A stretch of 64,000 bases of DNA. Origin: a bacterium. Its GTDB lineage: Bacteria; Patescibacteriota; Microgenomatia; JAMCZE01. The stretch lies in NCBI GenBank assembly GCA_021836035.1, contig JAKBJL010000002.1, positions 71,484 through 135,483 of the forward strand, written 5' to 3'. This document shows positions 8,867 to 18,370 of this stretch, in pieces. The translations under genes were made by a program, and so were the position numbers. Numbering within the stretch: the first letter of the stretch is position 1; each line of letters starts with the position of its first letter. The notes under the pieces are model-generated. The model did no database searches and had not been told where the DNA came from. It saw nothing but the letters and a program-made list of their open reading frames with translations.

Positions 8867-9931
8867 TTATTGTAGGTTATCTACTATAGCGGCGACCAAT
8901 TTATTTTGTGAATAGCTTTCTTTCAGTTTTTTTTGACCTTCCATAACTAAATTCTTAATTTCATTTCGATTTCTCTCTAAACTTTTAATGGCGTTAAAGA
9001 TTTGTTTGATATTCCCCTGCTTACATACATAACCGCCGATTCTATTATTAACAACTTCTCCGGCGCAGCCGGTATCGGTCATGACCACCGGTAAACCGGC
9101 GGCAAGAGCCTCAATAGCACTTAAACCCCATCCTTCATAATTAGAAGTCAACAGGAAGATATCGGACTTCGCCAGGGTCTGTTTAACTTCCAGGCGGTTT
9201 TTCTGGCCAACCAAGAGAACCTTTCCTTCCAATCCTTTTTCGCTGATCAGTCCTTCCAGCTTTGGCCGTTCTTCTCCCTCGCCTACTACCACAAACTTCA
9301 TCTTTGGGTAAGTTTTGCACACTCGTTCCGCCACCCCTATTAATAATGGTATATTTTTCTGTTTAATTAGCCTGGCTACCGTTACAATTTGGTTAAAGCG
9401 CTTTACATGCGGTTTGGACCAAAAGTAGTCGAGGTCAACCGGCACGGGGGCTACGAAGGACTTGTGGCCGTATCCGAGCCTCTTGCTAACCACCCTAACC
9501 GAATCCGCAGAGAGCAAGGTAAGCCTTCCCAGCCAATAAAAGAGATAATTCTGCAGGCTTTCGCGGCGAAAATAAGGGGTCTTAAAATAATCGTTATGAA
9601 TTTGGATATTTAACTTAACCCCCCAGCGGAATTTAGCCAAAACCCCTACCAAAGCGCAGATAAAAGGATCTTGGGTAGAAATTATATCCAGACGGGGTAA
9701 AGCGGTTAATATTTTCAGAGAATCCCCAAGATAATGCCAGCGGCTTAGCGAGTTGGTGGGAATAATATGTAAATTCTCCGCATCGATTCGGGAAAATCCC
9801 GCCAGCTTTAGGGAAAAAACGATAAGGTACAACTCTTTAAAATAATTCGCGTATTCCCGGTGTCTTGCCAGCACGTCGGCGTTTTTACCGGTAAATAAGC
9901 TGGTATCGGTACTGATAAAAACTATCTTCAT
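8867..9931 (-). CDS. Glycosyltransferase family 4, compositionally chimeric
   Basis: EGWGLSAIEALAAGLPVVMTDTGCAGEVV is the E-x7-E motif. The last ~60 codons (8867..~9050) are K/N-rich and about 30-37% GC, while the rest of the gene is about 45-63% GC. Confidence 0.8.
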   Translation of the reverse strand: MKIVFISTDTSLFTGKNADVLARHREYANYFKELYLIVFSLKLAGFSRIDAENLHIIPTNSLSRWHYLGDSLKILTALPRLDIISTQDPFICALVGVLAKFRWGVKLNIQIHNDYFKTPYFRRESLQNYLFYWLGRLTLLSADSVRVVSKRLGYGHKSFVAPVPVDLDYFWSKPHVKRFNQIVTVARLIKQKNIPLLIGVAERVCKTYPKMKFVVVGEGEERPKLEGLISEKGLEGKVLLVGQKNRLEVKQTLAKSDIFLLTSNYEGWGLSAIEALAAGLPVVMTDTGCAGEVVNNRIGGYVCKQGNIKQIFNAIKSLERNRNEIKNLVMEGQKKLKESYSQNKLVAAIVDNLQ

Positions 9932-11751
9932 ATTATCCTCGCGTCTATTTTACCCTGATTATCATAGAATAAATCTATCTTTCGCAACCGGCTATCACCA
10001 CCGCATACCGTGTAGCGCTCCCGATATTGCCCGGGAAAGTAATATGCCCTTATTTTGTCGGAAATACCCAAATAGCGCCGCAGGGACAATTCCGAAATTC
10101 CCCTTTCGACTTTTAAGCAACTATCGGGGGAATAAATTGATTTAACTTTGCCATTGATATTTTTCCAGTTTTGTTCCTTTAGCCAGGCTTGGGTGGTTGA
10201 TGAATAAGTTATTGCGGCGCCGAAAGAATCCCAAGAAATTGCATCATCGTCCAAACCGTTGGACAGATAATTGAATCGGAAAACAGTATTCAGCGTATAG
10301 ACAAGAGACAGCAACCAAATGGCGGCAAACAAAGTAATAATTATGGCTTTAGATTTAAATAACAGTAATGAATCGACAAAGATAATCAGTAACGGCAGAG
10401 TAATAAAAGGCAGGTAATAAGTCCTGACCCCGTTAAGAAGAAATATTACTGCCGAACTGAGGATAAAAATAATTATCAGCAACATATTACCCCCCTGTTT
10501 GCGCGTTGTGCCCATAAGCAGAAATATAATCAGTAAAGAAAAAAGGATAACTCCGTATTGATCAGCTAAAATCAGCGATAAGCGGGTAAGATTGCCGGAC
10601 AAATTCAGGGAAGCCTGTGTGGCCCCCGGATGCGCCGGAGTCTTGAATATCCGGGAGAAAAAGATATCGGTGTATCCCGTTGCAAGATATGCGCCGATGT
10701 TATAAACAATTACCGGGGAAAAGACAGCCAGAGCCGGGACAAACACCCGCAGGCCGTTTTTAATCAGCTCGCGCCTCTTAACAAGAACCAACCCCGCGCT
10801 AATAACGGGAAGTATCACCAGAGCGCTTTCTTTAACCAGCATCGCTCCTCCGAAAAATATCCCGGTTAAAAGTAAATATCTGTTTTCCTTGCCGTTGAAA
10901 AAGCGGAGAAAAACATAGATCGTTATTGTTAAAAGAAAGGTTAAAAACATTTCCCGGTGAAAGATGCGGCTCATAAAAATATGGTAATTATTAACCGCCA
11001 GTAAAGCCGTAACCGCAAAGGCTATAGATTTTTTCTTAAGAATCTCTTCCGACAGAAGATAAGCGAGGGGCAGTAACATTATACCGACTAACGCCGGGCC
11101 AAAGCGAAACATCCAGTCGGATAAGGTAGAAAGCCCCCCGGGCGAAAGAATCTGCATCGTAAAGTGCTGGATATATAAAGCCAGCGGCGGATGGCCGGAA
11201 AAAGAGAGAACCAAAGCTTTGCGACCGGCAAATATTCCGTCCACCAGGTTATCAGCCTGGTAACCGAGGTCATACTCATCACCGTTCAAATCGGGGATAT
11301 TTAACGGCAAAAATATCAGCAACGCGGCGATAAATAATGGCGGAATCAGTAATTTCAGATCCGTCAAGGATACTTTCTCTATTTGATCTTTTTTTCCATA
11401 AAGATACAGGGCCACCAGCGTTGTCAGTATATACATAACCAGCAGTATGAATATGTCGCCGGTCAGATGGTAACCGAAGATAGCTTGCGCTGATCTTCCT
11501 TCATAGAGAACGTTTAAAAACCCCGCGGGATAAGTCAAAAGCAAACTTAACCCGAACGAGATCAGTATTCTTTCCATAAGATCCCGGGACTTCGGGAGCA
11601 AAATCAGACTAAGAGGGTAACCACTGAAGAAAAAAACGAAAAGGAAACCGCTCACCCATCTTAAATACACCAGCCGGCTGTCAAACGACAGCAGAAGCGA
11701 TAGCAGCCCGGAGACTAAACCTGCCAGGAGCAGCTTATTTCTTTTCATCAC
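9928..11751 (-). CDS. Polytopic membrane protein, putative GT-C fold glycosyltransferase (ArnT/PMT-like) with C-terminal extracytoplasmic domain
   Basis: The protein is 607 aa with more than 10 hydrophobic helices in the first ~450 aa. An acidic loop NGDEYDLGYQADN follows the first helices, and a soluble C-terminal domain of about 150 aa follows the membrane part. Confidence 0.45.
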   Translation of the reverse strand: MMKRNKLLLAGLVSGLLSLLLSFDSRLVYLRWVSGFLFVFFFSGYPLSLILLPKSRDLMERILISFGLSLLLTYPAGFLNVLYEGRSAQAIFGYHLTGDIFILLVMYILTTLVALYLYGKKDQIEKVSLTDLKLLIPPLFIAALLIFLPLNIPDLNGDEYDLGYQADNLVDGIFAGRKALVLSFSGHPPLALYIQHFTMQILSPGGLSTLSDWMFRFGPALVGIMLLPLAYLLSEEILKKKSIAFAVTALLAVNNYHIFMSRIFHREMFLTFLLTITIYVFLRFFNGKENRYLLLTGIFFGGAMLVKESALVILPVISAGLVLVKRRELIKNGLRVFVPALAVFSPVIVYNIGAYLATGYTDIFFSRIFKTPAHPGATQASLNLSGNLTRLSLILADQYGVILFSLLIIFLLMGTTRKQGGNMLLIIIFILSSAVIFLLNGVRTYYLPFITLPLLIIFVDSLLLFKSKAIIITLFAAIWLLSLVYTLNTVFRFNYLSNGLDDDAISWDSFGAAITYSSTTQAWLKEQNWKNINGKVKSIYSPDSCLKVERGISELSLRRYLGISDKIRAYYFPGQYRERYTVCGGDSRLRKIDLFYDNQGKIDARII

Positions 11752-12910
11752 TTAAATTTCTAAATTCCCGCAAAACCATTACGGCAATCCGACCCCAGTG
11801 ATATTTCGTCCGGGCCAGTTCCGCACCATTATCGCCCAGGGCAAGGCGGAGATTTTTATCCCTTGCCAACTTTTCGATCGCTTTGGCAAGGTCCTTGGGG
11901 TCGTTTGGCAAAACCAGCAGACCGGTTCGCCGGTCGGTTAAAAAATCCGTGATCCCTCCCACGGGCGTGCCGATTACCGGAAGCCCTACCGCCATTGCTT
12001 CGATAAAGGAAGAGCCGAAACCCTCGTGGCGGGACGGCCGGATAAAAACGGAGCTACGTGAAAGCAGGGCCGGGATGTCCTTATTACTTACTCTTCCTAA
12101 AAAAGTTACCCGGTCGGCAATCCGCAACGACCTTGCCATTTTCTGCAGCTGCTTAAAAAGCGGTCCCTCTCCGGCAATGGTTAATTTCCATTTTAGTCCC
12201 GCCGGAAGAAGGGCGCAGGCTTTAATTAAAATATCGATGCCGTTACGGGGAATAAGCGAGGAGGTAGTCACGATCTCCAGTAGCTTATCTTCACTATTTC
12301 TTACGGGACGAAATTTCTCGATATCTACCCCGTTGGGAATAATCACGATATTTCTTGCTCCCATCCTTTGGGTAATTTTAGCCGAATAACTGCTAACCGC
12401 CGCTACCGTGTCTGCTTTTCTAAAGGACCAGGCGATCAGGGGGGTAATTAAATCAGCAAGTTCCGCGCGCAATTTCATCGGTAGCCAACCCCGAAGAACC
12501 AGCTCTTCCCGGGCCAGCAGCGGGTTCTGGGAAGTTATATATAGCGGAATTCCGGTAAACTTTTTAACCAAAGCTCCGACCTGCGCCTGGGGGAACTCCT
12601 GTTTTGCCCAGACAAGGTCATACTTTTTTAGTTTCGCAAGAACTATGGATAGGGGGGCGGCAAAAAGGATAAACATGATACCGTAGAGATTGGGAATATG
12701 GGGGTAAATTACCCGGTAATAATTTATGTGGGAAAGGCCGGGAAATTCTTTTTTGATCGTGATCTCCGGCCCGGTAACCACCGTCACCGCTTCCAGGTCC
12801 GGAGCTACCCTTTTTAATACTTCCACAAAATGCATTTCCGCCCCACCCAATTTTTCGGGTGTGATATCAGCGGCGATAGCAAGAATCCTCATATAATATC
12901 CAACTACCAA
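11735..12910 (-). CDS. Glycosyltransferase family 4
   Basis: ...RHEGFGSSFIEAMAVGLPVIGTPVGGITDFL... is the E-x7-E motif, and the N-terminal ...GGAEMHF... matches the GT4 N-domain. The likely start is the Met at 12892 (MRILAIAAD...). Confidence 0.8.
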   Translation of the reverse strand: MVVGYYMRILAIAADITPEKLGGAEMHFVEVLKRVAPDLEAVTVVTGPEITIKKEFPGLSHINYYRVIYPHIPNLYGIMFILFAAPLSIVLAKLKKYDLVWAKQEFPQAQVGALVKKFTGIPLYITSQNPLLAREELVLRGWLPMKLRAELADLITPLIAWSFRKADTVAAVSSYSAKITQRMGARNIVIIPNGVDIEKFRPVRNSEDKLLEIVTTSSLIPRNGIDILIKACALLPAGLKWKLTIAGEGPLFKQLQKMARSLRIADRVTFLGRVSNKDIPALLSRSSVFIRPSRHEGFGSSFIEAMAVGLPVIGTPVGGITDFLTDRRTGLLVLPNDPKDLAKAIEKLARDKNLRLALGDNGAELARTKYHWGRIAVMVLREFRNLSDEKK

Positions 12911-12913
12911 TAA

Positions 12914-14281
12914 CTAATTTCTAATCAGGGTCAACGAGCCGTTCGGCAGATAAGTAACGATCTCATCATACGCCGATAATTTTTCGTCTGATGAAATTAC
13001 CCCGCCTTTAATTACCGAAATATTACGGTCGGAGTAGAAGGTTGTGTGCCAGCCTTCAAATTCCATATTCGGTTTTTTAAGTAACAGTAAAACCCTGTCG
13101 GAAATAGCACTGTTTTCCTTAATATACCGCCCGATAACAACCCCATCTTTAAAACGGTCCCCGTTAAGCAGCGTTGCCGTGTATTTAGAGCTTTGAATTA
13201 CCGACAGGGCAATAACCGCAACGGCAAAAAATGCTCCCGCCGGACGGCTTTTTAAAAGCATGCGGCTGATAAAAAACCCCGCGGTAACCGAGATGAACGG
13301 TAATAAATAATAAATTAAATAGTCATGGCGGTTAGCGGCTTCTTCAAAAAGCAGCGGGTGTAAAGACCCGAAAAGCAACAGCATTAAGGGGAATTGATAG
13401 GTTCTTTTGGCAAAAAACAGAAGCAGGCCGGCCAACGAGATCAAAACAAGCGGCTTAGTGAAATACAATAAAATATAGGTTGTTTCCAATTTTAAAAACG
13501 CGAGAAAATCCGGACGGCTGGAGCGGAGGGCGAAAGCGGAGTTAAATCCCCCGCCGGTAAAGGATCCGCTAAGAATAAAGGTTTGGGAAACATGCGCCAG
13601 AAATAACCCTAGCGGCACAATTATCAACCAGACTAACTTTTTCTCAAATTTACGATGAAGCAGGAAGTGGTAAACCAGAAGAGAAACCGGCGTATAGTAA
13701 CCCGGCCAACCGGAAAGGCAACCTAGAATTATTCCGATAATTAACCAGACAAAATTCCGCCTGCTGTTACCTTCGTTCCAGGCGAGATATCTCCAGAGCG
13801 AAAAGAGAAAGAAGAACAAAACCGGTATCTCGTGGACGGCCATTTTCCCGAAGTAAAGGTAAAGCGGCGTAATTATCCAGAAAACGGCAGCAAGAGCGGC
13901 AACGGCGGGGCTATAAAGCTTTTTAACTATTACATAGAGCAATAATACCGTCAAAACGGACAAGATGATGGGTACTAACCGGGTAGATATTTCCGTAATT
14001 CCGAAAAAATAATAGGAAAGAGTCAATAAGGTGATCAACAAACCCGGATGGTGGGTGTGATAGGAAAATTCCGAGGGCGTTACAATTCCGGAGTTTACTA
14101 CCTGCCCGAAACGGGTGACAACCACCCCATAGCGTAAAGTATTTCTGGCAATATTGCCGAAAAAGGCGTTATTGAAGTCGTGATGTCCCCAAAAGGGCTT
14201 GTCCGCCCTATAAAGTAAAGCTATAAAAGCTAAAATAAGGGTTAATAAGAGTATTAAATTATGACGACACAATATCCTCAT
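12914..14281 (-). CDS. Polytopic membrane protein, putative GT-C glycosyltransferase
   Basis: The protein is 455 aa and multi-helical. The first loop, ...YRADKPFWGHHDFNNAFFGNIARN..., carries D/H residues, and the overall architecture resembles ArnT/PMT-type transferases. Confidence 0.4.
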   Translation of the reverse strand: MRILCRHNLILLLTLILAFIALLYRADKPFWGHHDFNNAFFGNIARNTLRYGVVVTRFGQVVNSGIVTPSEFSYHTHHPGLLITLLTLSYYFFGITEISTRLVPIILSVLTVLLLYVIVKKLYSPAVAALAAVFWIITPLYLYFGKMAVHEIPVLFFFLFSLWRYLAWNEGNSRRNFVWLIIGIILGCLSGWPGYYTPVSLLVYHFLLHRKFEKKLVWLIIVPLGLFLAHVSQTFILSGSFTGGGFNSAFALRSSRPDFLAFLKLETTYILLYFTKPLVLISLAGLLLFFAKRTYQFPLMLLLFGSLHPLLFEEAANRHDYLIYYLLPFISVTAGFFISRMLLKSRPAGAFFAVAVIALSVIQSSKYTATLLNGDRFKDGVVIGRYIKENSAISDRVLLLLKKPNMEFEGWHTTFYSDRNISVIKGGVISSDEKLSAYDEIVTYLPNGSLTLIRN

Positions 14282-15398
14282 ATACTTTAAATATTTGCAT
14301 ACTGATATGCTTCCAGGTATAGTATTTTTCTACAAGTTTATAACCTTCCTCCCCCATTTCCCCGCCTATCGGCGATTCTAATATCTTTTCCATTTTAGCA
14401 GCTAAATCTTGGGGGTTACCGGGATCGGTTAAATATCCCGTTTTCCCGTCCTTAATCAACAGACCGACATCTCCGATATCGCTGGCAATTACGGGAAGCC
14501 GGCAGGCCATAGCATCGACAAGTGTCAAGGGAAATCCTTCCGCTGATAATGAAGGCAGAACAAAAGCGTGCGAAGACTTGTATTCCCGGATAAGATCTTC
14601 CCCGTAAAGAGCCGGTTTGATATCTACCTTCTTCTCCAGTTTGGTAGCTGCCACAAGGTCTTTTATCTTAGCTTTTTCCGGACCTTCACCTACCAGAGTT
14701 AAACGAAATCGGGGAAAACGGGAGGCAATATTTTGGGCCGCTTTAATAAGAACCGGGAGACCTTTAACCTCAACAAAACGACCTACCCAGAGAAAGCGAA
14801 AAGCCTTTTTATCCCGGTGCGCCGATAGACTTTTGAATTTTTGCAAATCCACCCCGTTGCCAATGATAAAGGTTTTGCGGGTAGCCACTTTACCGTTTAA
14901 GGATTTTCCCGCGACCGTAATCAAAGCATCATAACGATAAATGTTTACGATAAGATTGCTGAGTATGGCCGGAAGCCCGCTGCGGTTAATTAAACCCGCA
15001 CCCAAACCGCTGCTTCCTAAGCCGTGAAGCGTATAAACGGTCTTTTTGCGCTTCAGCAATCCCAGCAGGGGCAAAAATATTGTGGTCGAATAACTGTGGC
15101 TGTGATAAATATCATAACCGGCAAATAGCGTATAACGGAAAGCGTAAAGGATAAATAAAAGGCGTCCGAAAAACCGGGGAAAAATAAACCGGGGGCCGAG
15201 GCGAAGTACTTTCAGCCTGCCGTTTTCATAAACTTCCCTGCCGGGGTAAATCTTACCAGTTTTATCGGTAAGGTTCGGGACTACGATATCCACCAGGCAT
15301 CCATAATCTTTTACCAGACGCTGTGATACTTCCCAAATATGCGCTTGCCCCCCGCCCCACCAGGGCATCCAGGCGTCAGTCAACATGCAAATCTTCAT
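14259..15398 (-). CDS. Glycosyltransferase family 4
   Basis: The N-terminal MKICMLTDAWMPWWGGGQAHIWEV is a GT4 N-domain motif, and ...SAEGFPLTLVDAMACRLPVIASDIGD... is the E-x7-E motif. Confidence 0.8.
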   Translation of the reverse strand: MKICMLTDAWMPWWGGGQAHIWEVSQRLVKDYGCLVDIVVPNLTDKTGKIYPGREVYENGRLKVLRLGPRFIFPRFFGRLLFILYAFRYTLFAGYDIYHSHSYSTTIFLPLLGLLKRKKTVYTLHGLGSSGLGAGLINRSGLPAILSNLIVNIYRYDALITVAGKSLNGKVATRKTFIIGNGVDLQKFKSLSAHRDKKAFRFLWVGRFVEVKGLPVLIKAAQNIASRFPRFRLTLVGEGPEKAKIKDLVAATKLEKKVDIKPALYGEDLIREYKSSHAFVLPSLSAEGFPLTLVDAMACRLPVIASDIGDVGLLIKDGKTGYLTDPGNPQDLAAKMEKILESPIGGEMGEEGYKLVEKYYTWKHISMQIFKVYEDIVSS

Positions 15399-15425
15399 AA
15401 GCAGCTCAAAGCCAATAGCAAATAG

Positions 15426-16571
15426 CTAACGACTGAATAACGATTTATATACCCTCTCCGTTTCCCGGGCAACTTTCCCCCAGGTATGATTCCGGGCAAA
15501 TTTTAAACCGCTTTGGCTCAGTTTTTGATAGAGATCGTTATCTTTTAATAATTTTTCCAGCTTTTCTGCCAGATCTTCCGGATCTCCCAATTTAAATATT
15601 AACCCTCCGTGACTGGCTGTTTCTATTTCCCTGTTTACGTTAATATCGCTGTTCACAAACGGTATCCCCTGCGACATGGCTTCCAGAGAGACGATCCCAA
15701 AACCTTCGACCGCTGAGGGCAAGGAAAAAATATCCGCCCGGGATATTTCCTTTAGGACTTCCGGGTGGGGTAAATTACCTAAAAATTTGACCCGCTGAGA
15801 AACACCTAATTTTTCGGCTAAATCTTCCATTACCTTCCGCCGCTCCCCTTCGCCGATAATTCGGTAACGAAGATCATATCCGCGTTCCACCAGAATAGCC
15901 AAAGCCCGGATAACCGTGTCGGTTTTTTTATAATTAACCAGTCTTTGTACGGAAATAATAGTGGCCGGATTTCCTCTTGCCTTTTTTGCCTCCTTGGCGG
16001 TTTGCTTAACACCGGGATAAATAACTTCTACTTTTCCCTCCGGCAAGCCAAGCTTTTTAAGTTTATCGTAAGTTTGGTAACTTAAAGCAATATATTTATC
16101 GGCCGGCAAATATACCATTGATTTTTCGATTAAATTAGCCAGGTAACCCTTAATTCTTCCTGCCGCTTTCTGCCAGGTGATAAGCGCTACCACATCCGGC
16201 ACCCAATAAACCAGCTTTTTACCCCTGAGTCTGGCCGCCAGATATGCCGCCGCATAGACATTTCCGTTATTGCCGTCAACCAATTCATAATCCAAGGTCA
16301 GAGCTTTAAAGACTGCGGCAATAATAAAAACAAACCGGTTCAGCAGTTGCCCATAGCGGGTATAGGGGCGATTTAATCCCACCCTAAATATTTCTAAACC
16401 ATGCCAGTTGTCATACGCCGTTGTCCCCGGCAGACGGCAGGTAATCACTTTTATGCCGTGGGTCCGCAATAACAATTCTTGGGCCAGATAATAAGTACGG
16501 GCTTCCGCGCCGCCGGTAACCTTGCCGCTGTCTTCTGTGGGAAAAAATTCCGAAATAAAAAGGAGTTTCAC
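15426..16571 (-). CDS. Glycosyltransferase family 4
   Basis: ...FPTEDSGKVTGGAEARTYYLAQEL... at the N-terminus and ...SAVEGFGIVSLEAMSQGIPFVNSDI... at the C-terminus. Confidence 0.8.
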   Translation of the reverse strand: MKLLFISEFFPTEDSGKVTGGAEARTYYLAQELLLRTHGIKVITCRLPGTTAYDNWHGLEIFRVGLNRPYTRYGQLLNRFVFIIAAVFKALTLDYELVDGNNGNVYAAAYLAARLRGKKLVYWVPDVVALITWQKAAGRIKGYLANLIEKSMVYLPADKYIALSYQTYDKLKKLGLPEGKVEVIYPGVKQTAKEAKKARGNPATIISVQRLVNYKKTDTVIRALAILVERGYDLRYRIIGEGERRKVMEDLAEKLGVSQRVKFLGNLPHPEVLKEISRADIFSLPSAVEGFGIVSLEAMSQGIPFVNSDINVNREIETASHGGLIFKLGDPEDLAEKLEKLLKDNDLYQKLSQSGLKFARNHTWGKVARETERVYKSLFSR

Positions 16572-16921
16572 TTTGGCTTGTTTGCTTTGTTGCCGTTTTC
16601 GAGGGCAATTTTCCGAACTAGCTCCGTAATCTGGTGAGAAAGGTTTTCCATGAGAACATAAGCCCGGAAAATTAAATAGAAAAGGACAATAATGGAAACA
16701 TAAATAACCAGATCCGCTCCCCGCCCGATACCGAAAAGCCGCGCCAACCGCGTTGTTTCTCCCGGAAAAAGAACACCGAAGATAGCCGAGACAAAAACTA
16801 CCGACCAGAAAATAAACTCCTTATATTTAATTTGCCCGCCCCGGAAGCGCAGAAATACCCGGCTTAAGGCAAACAAAAGAAAAAGCAGCAGAATGAGCTG
16901 AATTATGATGATACTGCTCAT
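16568..16921 (-). CDS. Small 3-4 TM membrane protein, DUF2304-like
   Basis: The protein is 117 aa with hydrophobic segments MSSIIIIQLILLLFLLFAL, IFWSVVFVSAIFGVLF and LVIYVSIIVLFYLIF. Its size, topology and position in an operon with a Dpm1-type GT2 match what I recall of the DUF2304 family. Confidence 0.4.
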   Translation of the reverse strand: MSSIIIIQLILLLFLLFALSRVFLRFRGGQIKYKEFIFWSVVFVSAIFGVLFPGETTRLARLFGIGRGADLVIYVSIIVLFYLIFRAYVLMENLSHQITELVRKIALENGNKANKPK

Positions 16922-17679
16922 GTTTTTTGCGCGATAACAAAATTAGTCTGCCCTAATAACCGCCCCAAAAAACGATCCAGAAACTTATCCAACTTATCTA
17001 ATTGCCCGGGATAACGGTTAATTATTTTTTCCCGGACAAAGGGAAAAATCCGGCCGATATAAGCGGGCAGGACACCGCTTCTTCCCGCCTTAAGGATATT
17101 ATAACCGCTGTTGGCGATAAGCGATACAACTTCTCCCAGGCCCTGTCTCTCCAAACCCCGATGGGCACCCGGAAGCCCGAAAATACGATTTAGCAATTCC
17201 GCGGGCGCATATTTATTCGGGAAATTATAAATAAAAAGCAGGCCCCCCGTCTTTAAGACCTTTCGTATTTTTAAAAGGGCCAGACGCCGGTCCTGAAATA
17301 CCCGATAAGCGTCGCCTTTACCTAGATGTTCTAAAACGCCGAACATCACCACGGCATGAAAACAATCTTTGGGAAAAGGCAGAAGACCTCCGTCATAAGT
17401 CTTAAAATACGGCCCCGCCTTTCTCCAAATGGGGTGCGGGGCTACCTCTAGGCCCACTGTCTCCATTCCCAACTCCCGTAATATCAAAACATTCTGCCCC
17501 TCGCCGCAGCCGAAATCTAAAACCCGCCAATCCTCCCCGGGAAAATGCCTCTCCAGTGTTCGTCTGACCTCCCTGGCACTGCGGACATACCTGGATAAAT
17601 ACAGGAAGTTATGTACTGTTTCCCATTCCGAAGCGGTCATCTTTCGGGCGATACTTTGTATCAACTTCCCGTCGGTCAT
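16918..17679 (-). CDS. Class I SAM-dependent methyltransferase
   Basis: Motif I VLDFGCGEGQN and ...FHAVVMFGVLEHL...LKTGGLLFI are present. The start is assigned to the Met of MTDGKL at 17679; the ORF Met at 17727 would overlap the upstream GT2 by 47 nt. Confidence 0.65.
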   Translation of the reverse strand: MTDGKLIQSIARKMTASEWETVHNFLYLSRYVRSAREVRRTLERHFPGEDWRVLDFGCGEGQNVLILRELGMETVGLEVAPHPIWRKAGPYFKTYDGGLLPFPKDCFHAVVMFGVLEHLGKGDAYRVFQDRRLALLKIRKVLKTGGLLFIYNFPNKYAPAELLNRIFGLPGAHRGLERQGLGEVVSLIANSGYNILKAGRSGVLPAYIGRIFPFVREKIINRYPGQLDKLDKFLDRFLGRLLGQTNFVIAQKT

Positions 17680-17680
17680 A

Positions 17681-18370
17681 TCAACGAAATATCCGCAGCA
17701 GCATTTTAAAAGCGACCCGTACGGCATTCAGATTACCGAATCCCTCCTGACCTTTCTGCCGGCTATAATCGGTATAAATCGCCGGGATAGGAATTTCGCT
17801 AAACCGCAAGCCGTTCCTTTTCACTTCCCGGAAAAATTCACTGCTGACTTCCATCCGGTCCGTTTTGATATTAATTAAGGTTAAGGCTTTTTTATTAAAA
17901 GCCCGGAGTCCCGACTGGGAATCGGTCGTCCAAACACCATAGAGCAGATAAGTCAAAATATTGCTTAACCAATTTAAAATCTCCCGGTCTCTGGGCATCC
18001 GGCCGTCTTCGATAAGCCGGCTGCCGATAACCATATCGCTTTGCCCGGAGATTAAAGGCGAAATCAATCTTTTGATATCCGCGGCCCGGTGCTGGCCGTC
18101 GGCATCGAAAGTCACGGCAATATCGAAACCGTTTTTCCGGGCATATTCTAAACCGGAACCGAGAGCCGCGCCTAGTCCCCGGTTAATAATATGGGTTAAC
18201 ACGGGTTTGCCTTTTCTCCGGGCGATGTCCGCGGTTTGATCTCCCGAGCCGTCGTTAATCACTACTATATCCCGGAAACCGTTGGCCGCCAGATCGTCAA
18301 GAACCGCGCCGATTTTTTCCTGCTCATTGAAGGCCGGAACAATAACCAGTATTTTCATCAGCTTACCCAA
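17681..18370 (-). CDS. GT2 polyprenyl-phosphate sugar synthase (Dpm1/GtrB/ArnC-like), soluble form
   Basis: ILVIVPAFNEQEKIGAVLDDL...VVINDGSGDQTADIA...DIAVTFDADGQHRAADI... matches the Dpm1 pattern. The protein is 229 aa with no C-terminal transmembrane helices. Confidence 0.8.
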   Translation of the reverse strand: MGKLMKILVIVPAFNEQEKIGAVLDDLAANGFRDIVVINDGSGDQTADIARRKGKPVLTHIINRGLGAALGSGLEYARKNGFDIAVTFDADGQHRAADIKRLISPLISGQSDMVIGSRLIEDGRMPRDREILNWLSNILTYLLYGVWTTDSQSGLRAFNKKALTLINIKTDRMEVSSEFFREVKRNGLRFSEIPIPAIYTDYSRQKGQEGFGNLNAVRVAFKMLLRIFR

